In this document: piece after piece, positions 32,360 to 43,704 of the stretch | Numbering within the stretch: the stretch's first letter is position 1 | Layout of the letters: each line of letters begins with the position of its first letter | NCBI GenBank assembly: GCA_964019425.1 | Contig: OZ025797.1 | Span: 868,001 to 932,000 of the forward strand | Reading direction: 5' to 3' | DNA: 64,000 bases | Origin: Flectonema sp. DT1601 | Taxonomy: Eukaryota | Made by a program: the position numbers and the translations under genes | Notes under the pieces: generated by a model | What the model saw: only the letters and a program-made list of their open reading frames with translations | What the model was told of the DNA's origin: nothing | Databases searched by the model: none

Positions 32360-35300
32360 TCCCTTCGTGTACTGTGATGAGGAACAAAAATTTCAAAAAA
32401 AAATTGCAAAAACAATGAAAAACACTAAATCTTTTTTTGCAAAAAAGCCGAAAAAGTCAGCATTATCACGTTTACCACATCGTAGTGAAAGCATCATGGG
32501 TGTTGGTTGGGTTTGTTAGCATTTTTTTGTTTCTCTTTTTTTTTTTGTTTTTTTTGTTTCTTCTTCTGTAGTTGTTCTTGATTGCAATGTTCCCGTTGCT
32601 GTTCTTTTCAATTCAGATCCTTTCTTTTTTTTTTTTTTTTTTAATTTTTATTATAATTTCTGCCCACTTTTGGGACAGCTTATTTTCACAACTTTCTTCT
32701 TAACGTTACACATCTTTTTCTTTTTTAAGTAGATACAACACCATGTGAAAAAGCAAAGGTGGACAGTACAGCCAGGTCGTGAAATGAAACATGTTGTTGT
32801 TTGGTGCCCTGTTTTTTTTTTGTTAGATCGCAAAACCAATCCTGGCAGAAAATCGTACGGAAAGTGGAACGTTAACAGAAACACGTGCATGCTTTTTTCT
32901 TCTTCTTTTTTTTTAAAATTCGCAGTTGTGACAAGCAAACATTATCATAATAGTTCTTTTTTTGAATATTCGGAAGGGAGAGTCTAAAGAAGGATCCGCA
33001 GCCCAACAGTAGCAATGCACTTAAGCGCAACATTGACAAGACGGATATTTCTTAGAGCGGCGATGTTCGTGTTATTGCTGTCACACGTTTTTATTTTTTT
33101 TAAAAAAAACAGCGTAACACCAGTACTTAATCGAAAAAAGATGAAACTAATAAAACATTTTTTTTTTTTTTAAATTTCATCCATCGTGCGGTGAGCCATC
33201 TAAAAGAATTCGTAAGAGTACAAACTATCACTAAATGCCAAGCTCGAACACAGAGTGGTTAACACTATCAAGACCCACACCCACTATTCAACACGACAAT
33301 GTGTTATAAGGAGACTTTTAGGAGGACAGACGTATTTTCTTTTACTTTCCTCTTTTTCCATGGGACTGAGACTAAAAGGATTTAAAAAAAAAAAGAAAAA
33401 CAACGATGCAAATTAAGCATGTAAAGGAGAGGGAGCTTCAACGAAAAAGTGAGAATGAACAAAGAAAGTAGAGTTCCTTCCCTAATGTGGAGCTTGCGAA
33501 AGGTAGCCAGCGAGGAGTGCATCTGCGTTTGCATTGCTTGTAAGTCGTCAAACTAGAGTAAGATCTTACACTGTATGTGAGATTTCTCTCGCAAGCAGAA
33601 AGCGTGAACAGTATCGCACCGTATCCACAGAACTCAAGTCCAATTTTCGTATTTTTTTTTTCGATATAATCGGAGCAGTGTTTCAAGCTCTCCCTCAGTG
33701 ACAATCTGTCAACGGGGCTGAGCATCCAGTCTGACTTACTCAGATTACGAGAACATGAGGACAGGATGCGTACGTTAAGAAGTATATGAAATGTAAACAA
33801 TTAACCCTACGATTGTTCTCAGAGTGTGAGAACGTAAAGGTACTAAAGTGTATGAGGAATGAGGAATTAAGACGGAACAATTATCACCTCAATCAGTAAA
33901 GTGTTTACTAACCAACCACCATACACAGAGCCAGAGGATACATCAACATGTAAGAAGTACTAAAAGAACTCTACGAGATGATATCTCCTTACTAATCTAA
34001 ACTAGTTATAGGTCGATAGTATTTAGTAGTTATTGAATGAGGGGAATGTTCTCTCATCCCCCAGGTATTGTACCGACGAAATTCTTGTCCAACTGCTTAA
34101 GAAAGGAAACATAAAAACAATGTTTACTTCATTACCTCGGAAGTACTACTATAAGTAGTATGGGTATAAGAATTCTTTTTTTTACAAGAAGACAGCTCTG
34201 ATACACGCAGAGCGGTACCAACGGCTACAAGGAGAGTGAAAAGGGGCATTGTGGAATTTCGCATCCGACTGTTGTGAGGTAACGAACTAACTCACATAAG
34301 ACATGCGTGTGGAGTTTGAATAGAAGACGACGTCTCTGCAGGGGAAGGGGGAAAAAATCATTCCTAGCTCTTTTTTTTTTTTTTTCGTTGGGAGCCTTGG
34401 TTTTCCTTCCCTTCCAGTCGCAATACTACAAGTAAATAGCGTATGACTGTTTTTTATGTGATGTTTTGTACTTCTCTAACAACGCACACGGTTAATAGAT
34501 TACTGGGAAAGGTGAAGAGTCAAAAGAAAATAATCGAACTGATAAATAGAGCCACAACGATACCAAACAGTACTTTAAGGAAGTATTAGAAAGGAAAAAA
34601 AAGTTTGGGAAAACGGCTGCTTTATTTTATTTTATTTTTCTCTCTTTTTCCTTTTTTTGTGACCTTAGAATGTACGGCACCCCATCATTACAAATAATGT
34701 CGGAATTCTTTTTTTAAAAAGAGAACGAGAACAGTATAACCACAAACATCAATTTATAATTGACCAGTGGTTTTTGATTCTTTTTTTTTTTTTTTTTTTT
34801 TTTTTTCTTTGAGCTCATGGCGCCACTACAACAACAACACCTAACTAAGTATCCAATAGGACGGGAGAAACTAAAGAAATACTACCTAGGTAATAATAAT
34901 GACGGGGACATGAGGTCCTCCGCAGAGCACAAGATAAAAAATGTTCCCAAATATGTTACCAAACTACACAGAAAGACACACATCTTTGCCTTGATTATTT
35001 CTGCACATAATTTGTCAGTGAAGGCCAAGAAAGCTGTCCCAGCAGGATAACCATCCAACTGGGCCAACAAACATTATTATGTTAGACGTAATTGGGAGTC
35101 AACTTTTGATATTTTTTTTTCTTTTGTTTTTTTGTTTTTTTTGGTAGTACTATTGACAACGAATAACAACATAAAAATAAAAAAAAAAATAAAAAAAAAA
35201 GTTGACCGACCAATACGTGCATAAATCAGTAACGGTATTACAAGCACAAACAAAAAAAAATTTAAAAAAAAAAAGAAAAAAAAAAAAAACATGTTCACTT

Positions 35301-37455
35301 CGTACGCAACAGCTTCTGCATCATGGATGGATCCATGCTTCTGCTTCAGTAAAGTACAGAATGACTGCTAATTATTTCCCTTTTTCTTTTTTTTTTTTTT
35401 TTTTTGTCTATTTTTTCCCCTCAATTGCCAAGTAAATCTTAATAGTATATCATCAGTAATATCTCAGAAGTATAAAGCACACCTAAAGTACTAATAACTT
35501 TGTAACTAAACATTTGAGACCGCGGGAACAAGGGAGGCCTGCATGCCAACATGGGGGATCAAAGAGACTTTGTTGAAAGGAACATCTGTCTTTCATTTAA
35601 AGTAATAAAACTTAAAAGACATAAATATGATGCATATCAAAAGGGACAAGGATATTTGCAATTTATTTGCCAGCGATGTATCTGCAGAAATTAACACCGT
35701 TAAGAGGTGAATTGCGAACAAGCCATGGACATGTCTTCCTTGCTAGTACCGCAATTGAATATAGGCAATTAACCACAACAATAATAAATGAAACAAAATA
35801 AAATTGAAATAAAATGAAATCTCGGGGGATGTTTCCTAGACAAAAGAAAACAATTTCAAACTTAAAATATTCCTCCTAGCGAAAATGCTTATTTTTTTTT
35901 CCCCCTTTCCAATGAGGTTTTGTTAAGGTGTTAAAACGTAATAAAATATATCAAAAACCACTAGTAGACTCCGTGTTGAGGTCCAAAAACCACTACCGCA
36001 TAACACATCAATGTCTGCTAATGGGAGGTCTGTTACTAAAACATGATATGTGTTGTTACTACCGTAGCCACTCAAGGCAAGCAGGAGTTCCTTGTATATC
36101 AGTCAAATGTGACAAAGTGACGAACACATTGGATACTTTATTTCTATTTTGAACATTTCTTTATAAAAAGGTGCACGTCAGTATCTCTAGGGGGCACATC
36201 ACCTTCTGTTCTGCTTAACTCACTAAGTGTGTTGAGAAAGTTGTTGGAAAAAAAAAAAAAAAACATCTGACTCTTCTGAGGAAAAAAGAAATAAAAACCT
36301 TGGGAAAACTACCGAAAAGTTACCGAAATTGTCAACTCTTAACAAAAGGTTGTCCACCGGGTTCGGAAAAAGTTACCCGCCGCAGGCCACTTGGAGACCT
36401 TGACAATATCTTTCCTCATATCTGGGGATAAAACTACACCTGTTGTGTGAAAATTCCCCAGAAGGTCTTACTTGAAAAAATATTTATACTTGCGGTTATG
36501 AGGCCGCATGGCAAAAGGTCATGCAGATTCTGGATTTCTTTTTGCTTTTTAGGTTCTGAGTGGCGATAACGATGAGTTGCTGCTTTCGGAAATTATTCTA
36601 GTGAATCACGGGTTTTTCCAAAAAAAAAAAAAAGACGTTCTTTTCTTTTCTTTTTTTTTTTTTGTGCAAGAAGGAAAGAGAGGGGGGCAGGGTATATAAA
36701 CAAGCAATAACGGGATATGTGTTAAAAAATGAAATTGCCGGAAAGAGAAAAATAAATAAATCGAGGAGAAAGAAAAAAAGAAAATCGAACACAATTACTA
36801 CACAACCTCTTATTAATGTTTCAGGGTGCAACCTTAGCAGGTAAAGCTAAAGAAGTAGGTGAAGTTATAAAAAAGAAAAGGGGGTAAGGTAGGGGAAGAA
36901 ATACAGTCATGTGGACGGATGAAGATAACTAAGTGCCAAATACTTCCCAGATAACCTTCATCGGAACTGACCATTTTTAAGAAAAAAAAAAAAAAAAAAA
37001 AAGAAAAAAAACAATTTCCACTACCGAGGAATAGTAGCGGACCACCGAAACAAAACAGAAATGACAGACAGATATTTTGATACACAAAATAAAAAAAAAA
37101 AGAAAAGAAAAAAAAAAGAAAATTAATTCTCAAGTTGGGGTGGAGGTAGTGAATGATTTCCTTTTTTTTTTTTAAATTTTTTTTTTTTTTTGTTTTTTTT
37201 TTTATATTTTCTAATTCTTTAGTCTACATAATTTTTTTATTTAAAGAACTCTTCTTATAGGCCTCAATTAATCTTCCCGTAGATATCGACAGGAAGTTTT
37301 CAATCGAAACCACGTACACGTTGGCGTGCTCTAAAAAATAAAATTAAAAATATAGACTACAACCAATAAAAAACAACAACTAATTCGCAACTCAATAAAA
37401 GAGAGTTAGCTTTTTAGCTTGGTGCGTGGTTTTTCGATGGGCCTACCAAAAGGGG

Positions 37456-37486
<31 letters not shown>

Positions 37487-38433
37487 TGAAATCGAGTCCA
37501 AAAAAGTTATAATACTACTTCTGTTTGTTTTTTTTTTTGTTTGCTTTTTTTTTTTCTTATATCATTTAGGCAAGCATGCCCACTTGTTGGTTACTTCATT
37601 CGTTTAAGCAGTGCGTTTTTCTACACCTATATCTCAGTAGCAGTTTCAAAAAAGTTTTTCCTTCTGCAAAGTTGCTACTCCGTACTGTATAGTACAAATA
37701 AAAAAAATAAAATAAAAAATCTGTATTTTGATGACAGAAATTTCCATCAAAACAATTTTCATAAAACCCCTTTCGGGAAACGTTATTTGCAGTGCTGACT
37801 AACTTCTTTTCTTTATAGCCAAAAACACTCATAACACTTACAAGCGTTAAAGTTACAATTGCAGCCAAAAAAGTGTTTTCTTTTTCTTTTTTTTTTTTTT
37901 TTTTTTTTTTGTTGTTGTTTGTCAATTATTGGTTTATCTCTGTTTTTATTTTTCAAAAACCGAAATTGCCTGACCTGGGATATCTTCTGTTAAAAGGTAA
38001 AAACTACCTAACACCAGAAAGAGATAACATGTAAACAAACCAAACGATTTACATGTTTTATCGCGATCGAAGAGATATTGTAACAAAGGCTCACCTCGCA
38101 ATAGGTATGGGGAGAGAGGCTTTTTTTTTATTTTATCGAGCCCACTACAGGCAGAAGACAATATGCATAGGGGTGGGAAGCGAAGGAATAGGGGATAATT
38201 ATTGTGATCTTAAGGACACAGTGAACTATAGTGATGCTCAAATTAGCCTTTCAGTTACTATCATTAGCACGGTAGAAGTCTGTCAGGCAGCAATTGAGAC
38301 TTAATCACCCAGTTAGCAATTTTTGGTTAGTGTAGTACATATTAATTGTGTTCGTAAAAAAAAAAAAATTAGAAAAGGGGGGATTATATGCTTTTTTTTT
38401 TTTCTTTCGTTCTTTTATTGCGGAATAGTAATC

Positions 38434-38471
<38 letters not shown>

Positions 38472-38785
38472 TTTTGCGATGAGAATGTCAGTATTTTTCT
38501 TCTTTTCTTTTTTTTGATTGGGAAATCATAGGAATTGAGCTTCAGGGACCTCCACCCACCCACCCCTTACCCAATAATGGTTCTCCTCATCAGTCAGTAG
38601 GTGGCTAATACTTTAACGAACACCTTTTTTTTTAAAAAGAAGAAGTAATAAAGATTTTTTTCATCACATATATACATCTGCTGTCGGATGTATGAATATC
38701 ATTATCCGATGAGATCAGCTTTCTATCGTACCAGTTATTTTGTATAAAGACTTTTACTTTTGGTAAGAACATCATCAACATAGTA

Positions 38786-40852
38786 TTAATGATTTGCGTC
38801 CGGTAGTACTACTCTTGGTGCAGGAACGCCGTTGCTGAACTGAGATTCATTGTCGTCGATTTCTTCAAGATGGAAGTATGAAGACATCGAATTATTCATG
38901 CGATTTCCTCGACCATTTGCTGAAACGACAGGGTATTGGGATGACGAAGAACTGCGTCGAGAAGCATTATAGCGAGAGCGAGGTGGTCTGCGTGCTCCAG
39001 CAGCTCCAGTTCCATTGAATCCACTGTAGCGACTACCACTTCTTGGTGATACTTGTGGGTATGCGTACTCTCTATCATACTCATCTAAGTCGACATCATC
39101 ATGTTGGTTTACATTACCTCCTCGCTTCTTTCTCTTTGGAGGTGTCGGATACCGAGCAGGTTGTGAAGCTGGAGATGCTTTGAACTTACTCATACTTCCT
39201 TCACTACCTCCTTCTATAAGAGATACCTCTCTTTCCATACCCGGTGACTTTAGAGGATTGCTACCATTATATCCACTTGCACTGATGTCGATATTATTTG
39301 GATCTTTTAGTAATGCTCTCAGTTCATCATCTACTTCGTGTTTTTCCATGGCCTTCTTTGTCTGTCCAAGTTCTAAAGCTGCAATTAACCAGTCACGTGG
39401 AATCTTCTCGGATCGATGAACAAGAGTATAAATAAATAATGATCTTGGAACAAATGCGATTAGAGAAATAATAGGTAGAAGAACGCAACCAAAGACAACA
39501 ATAATACCCATTTCTTCGTAGATCAAACTGACAAGCATACTGATTTGACCGATGTAGAAGCAGGATGCGAACACAATAATTTGAATCTGTCTTTCCAATT
39601 TATCAGGGTCGTTCAAGTCTAAAGAATTCAACGGATGGTCATCTTCACAACATCCAGTCAAGATATCCCAAGGAATGCGTTCACCTTGAGCCCATTCCAA
39701 TCCGTAAGCTTTTCTACTTGAGGCTATGTTAATTTTCGTTATTTCCGTCGTTTTTGTCGCAGCGTGATAAGGATTCTTCAACAGATCAGGATGTCCGATA
39801 GCACTTGAAATCAGGGTTTGAAGTTGGCTACTAATACGCCAAAGCAGCCAAATAGAACTGACTGGACCAACGAAAGCGAAAATAAGTGTGACGGAACTGA
39901 GAGACATTCCACCTAAATGGATAAGGTTTGAAGCAGACATAAAAACAATTGCAATCCATACAAAGATTGGTACGTGAAGAAGTTCTACGAGCACTTCAGA
40001 AGTTGCAACTTTTGAAAATTTCGCGATATCAAAATATCTCTGAGAATCATAAGGACGTGCTCTTATCTGAGGCATGTCATGTTCTCTCATTGTTGCTAAG
40101 ATTTCTTCTAATCTTAATTCTCTGGGATCACAAACTTCTCGAAGTAATTTTTCATGATGAATAATTATAGCTTGTCGTAAGGCGAGTACACATCTATCCC
40201 AACCCTTAGTCCTTCCTAGAATACCCATAATACCAAATGTTGAAGGGGTTCTATAATCACCATTGGTACAAGTATCTTCAAGAGTTTTCTGTTGGATCTT
40301 TTCAAGTTGTCTGCAGAATCGGTCTCTTTGAATGAAGCAGACTTGAATGAAAGTACCGTAGGCGAGACCCATAATAAACAACACAAGATGAGCATATTCA
40401 AACATAGCCAAGTTGAATGTCACCTCACAAGGACTTGAACCACTGCTGGAGCTGCTGTCAGGTGCAGCAGTGCCATTAGTCCCTGGGGCTACAGTGTTAT
40501 TTGCTGGTACCGGGTCATTGCAACCTGGCTTTCGGATACTGACATCAGTTAGACCCAGTTCGGCAGCTAAAATTAATAAGAAAGAAACAATTCCGACCAT
40601 CATAAGCTCTGAATAAATTGCTCCAAGAGCTAATCTTCTATGCTTGTCTTTAGTCTTTGCTTCTACTTTGTGTTTTGCCATTTCGATCGCAACCGATAAC
40701 AACACGACAAAAAAGAACATAGTAAACACTGTGATCGGATTGTCGTTTACATCATCACCAAGTTGCCATAATTTGATATCCCCGCCTGCTGCGGCTTCCC
40801 GAGCGAGCGCGAGGACGGCGAATAAAACGGTTATTTGGGATTTAGGCCGCAT
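38786..40852 (-). CDS. MLO-like multi-pass membrane protein, 688 aa
   Basis: VVLLSVAIEMAKH...LALGAIYSELMMVGIVSFLL (cf. MLO ALEKIK.ELMLLGFISLLL); HLVLFIMGLAY; FDIAKFS...LVELLHVPIFVW (cf. FDF.KY.....F..VVGIS..LW); about 7 hydrophobic segments after an N-terminal signal peptide; long disordered C-tail. Confidence 0.8.
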   Translation of the reverse strand: MRPKSQITVLFAVLALAREAAAGGDIKLWQLGDDVNDNPITVFTMFFFVVLLSVAIEMAKHKVEAKTKDKHRRLALGAIYSELMMVGIVSFLLILAAELGLTDVSIRKPGCNDPVPANNTVAPGTNGTAAPDSSSSSGSSPCEVTFNLAMFEYAHLVLFIMGLAYGTFIQVCFIQRDRFCRQLEKIQQKTLEDTCTNGDYRTPSTFGIMGILGRTKGWDRCVLALRQAIIIHHEKLLREVCDPRELRLEEILATMREHDMPQIRARPYDSQRYFDIAKFSKVATSEVLVELLHVPIFVWIAIVFMSASNLIHLGGMSLSSVTLIFAFVGPVSSIWLLWRISSQLQTLISSAIGHPDLLKNPYHAATKTTEITKINIASSRKAYGLEWAQGERIPWDILTGCCEDDHPLNSLDLNDPDKLERQIQIIVFASCFYIGQISMLVSLIYEEMGIIVVFGCVLLPIISLIAFVPRSLFIYTLVHRSEKIPRDWLIAALELGQTKKAMEKHEVDDELRALLKDPNNIDISASGYNGSNPLKSPGMEREVSLIEGGSEGSMSKFKASPASQPARYPTPPKRKKRGGNVNQHDDVDLDEYDREYAYPQVSPRSGSRYSGFNGTGAAGARRPPRSRYNASRRSSSSSQYPVVSANGRGNRMNNSMSSYFHLEEIDDNESQFSNGVPAPRVVLPDANH

Positions 40853-42634
40853 TCATACAGTGTTAATAAGTTCTGGTATGAGTCACCTGAAAACGGAGGG
40901 GGAAAAAAATGATAAAAAGGGTAATATGTTCACGCACTATTTTACTGTTACTGCTGTTCCATACCATTCCCTTCTTCATAATTCCAATCAGGTGTTATTC
41001 TGCGAGCTGGAAGTAACATAGATGAAAAATAACTTACTAAAACAAACGAGAGGGCAAAAAAAAAAAAAAGAGGCAGAAAGAAAATAGTGATAACTAAACA
41101 AATTGGAAGCACAGCAATTCGAAAAAAGTACAAGCGAGACTACCAGTAAACTCTTTTCGGAATGCTGATAAAAATAGAGAATAACTCAATCAGTATCTCT
41201 TTGAAACGATCACTTTGGGACCTCTGTAGTAAGAATGTCACACTCTGTTTAATCTCTGTGACATTGGTCAGAATTAGCAAAGCATTGCAATGTCTTAGTC
41301 AAACGAACAAACAAATAAAAAAAATCACAGCGGTTCGATTCTGTTGGATAAAATTGGTTTAAGAAAGAAAAAAAAAAAAAAAAACTCGTTAAATTATTAA
41401 AACAATAGTAATTAACAAAGGTAGCAGTAGGGATAACTCACAGAGGAATCAATCCACCCGAGCAACTTCCGTGGAAGTTGATCGTTAGAATAATTCCATT
41501 GAGGGATGTAGTTGACAATAAAATACCAAACAACTTCTTATTACCTTTCAGATGTGTTCATCACTTCTGTACTGCAAAACAAAATAACTAGAGATAGATT
41601 GAGAGAGATAGAGAGAGAGGGAGACATGAGAAAAGTTCAGCGCCGCAGCTATCAACGGGTTATCCGTCAAGCGTTTATACCGCGAGATAGAAAGTTATCG
41701 TAACTGGGTAAACTCAGCGGTGCCGCAAGCGACTTCTTTTTCCAACGAAAAAAAAGGGAAAAAAAAAAAAAAAAAAAAAGACGAAGCCAACATTACAAAA
41801 TCAGAAAGGGGGAAACATTCATCTTTTCCCAGGCAATTTGCAATCCCTGACTCAGATCAACATCTTACCAAACAGAACTAGGTCTGTTTTTTTCCTCCTG
41901 GCAACCGTGACACATACACAACGAACACACACATACACAGATAGATAGACACACCAGGGGAAACACTTAGGCACACCGAAAAACCACAACGAACGGTAAG
42001 AAAATAATTTTAGTTAGAATATGGTTATTAGTACACTGAATCAAAATATATAAAACTAAAAAAAAATGTTGTTCCATAACACCGAATACGTAGCTGATGG
42101 TTAATTCTTTATTTCAGATTCGTTATTTTTTGTTCAATAGTGGTTCAGGAGACCGCACCCAAATAATAATTAATTTATCTCGTTTTCCTTTTTTTTTTTT
42201 TTTTTTACTCTATGTTTGTGCGAAAAGCCTACAATACAAAGTGATCAAATATTCATGTGGAAAAGAAAAAGACCACTCAGGAAGCTACATACAACATGGA
42301 AAGGGAAAATTCACATTAACGCATACAGGTACTAACAAACAAAAATACAAAGGCTAGTCCATTGTAATCGATGCAGGGGGGTCACTTGATAGGAATTACA
42401 TGAGATACTATAAGTTACCTCACGACAATTATTCTAACTAAATGTGGGAAGGGGAATAACAGAAAGAAAACTATCCTCGAAATAAGACATAACACATTCG
42501 ATCATCACAACCTAGATTTATATTGAAGTGAAGTACTCGAACATGTCACAACGATTTTTATCAATCTGATTTACAGACAGAAATTCTGTCTTTATTGAAA
42601 CAGGACCTTCGTGAGAATAGTTTCTCATAATTAA

Positions 42635-43704
42635 TCAGACAGTATCATGACCAAAGGCACAGGCAGTACCTCTTTCACAACTTCCAGTGGCATTCCAGTG
42701 TTTGCATGCTGGCTGAACAGGTGCTTTTACTTCGGTATTACCATGAGCAAACCCACAGTCAGCACCGTATTGGCATTTTCCCAGTTCCCAATTTCTACAA
42801 ATAATTGTTTTCAATCGTGTAGTACGAAGACCTTTTGTAGTTCTTCGAGGTTTACCATCTGTTAGCGAAGTTTCACTCGAAGGGTCAACACTGGTGTTTG
42901 TTTGAGCTGATAACTCTGAAGTGGGAACGCTACGATTAGTAAACTCGAGGTTAATGGATGAAGACTTTGATTTCTTGCGTCTACTTCTGCGACGCTTCTT
43001 CGGTGACACAACACCTGTCAAATCCGTTACGTTGCTCACTTCAGCAAGTATCGCTCCAACTACATTGCCTTCCTCAATAGAAACAGTCTTTCTTGACACC
43101 AACATCTTTGCCACGACTTCTCCATGTTCGCACAGCGACGCCGTAGGAGCTGACCTAACATGCATGTCGTTATAAACTCTTGTTGAGTGACAAGTTCTAT
43201 TTCTGTCAGGATGTTGCTGTTTTTTTTAGTTTTCCAGAAGTGGTTTACTTAGAATAAGGGAACTAAAGACATGCAGGGCACACTGATAGTCTATGTACAA
43301 AGAAAATAACATACTCTGGCTGTAAGAGCGTGATCGAAGTCCGTTTCATCGAGGTCTTGGTCCATTAGCTTAGCGTAGTCTTTAAAGCGAAGACCAGTTT
43401 CAGGATCGGTGTTAACTTCTTGACAGATTACTAGCCAGCTTTCTTTATCAAGTGGTCCTCCTGAAGTGACAGTTGCAAACCTTGTTGCTTCTTCAAAATT
43501 GTGAAACCCATTATTGTCCCAATCACAAACATCAAACATGCGGAGTGGGAGTGAATCTGGATCTGCAACGACTTCCAAAAAGTGAGAGGCAATCATTGCG
43601 ATTGCGTTTATCGTGCATCCCTCAAGTTCAGATCGAGAAGTGATCTCTTCATTTTGAAGACATTCGAATTCGGTGTTTTGAAGCTTCGCTATCAGGATGT
43701 CCAT
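42635..43704 (-). CDS. EF-hand + tandem CCCH zinc-finger protein, paralog A, 323 aa, 2 exons
   Basis: Exons 43704-43315 and 43216-42635; intron 43217-43314 (GTATGT...AAAACAG, phase 0). EF loop DWDNNGFHNFEE; LKTIIC-x7-C-x5-C-x3-H and C-x8-C-x5-C-x3-H. Confidence 0.88.
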
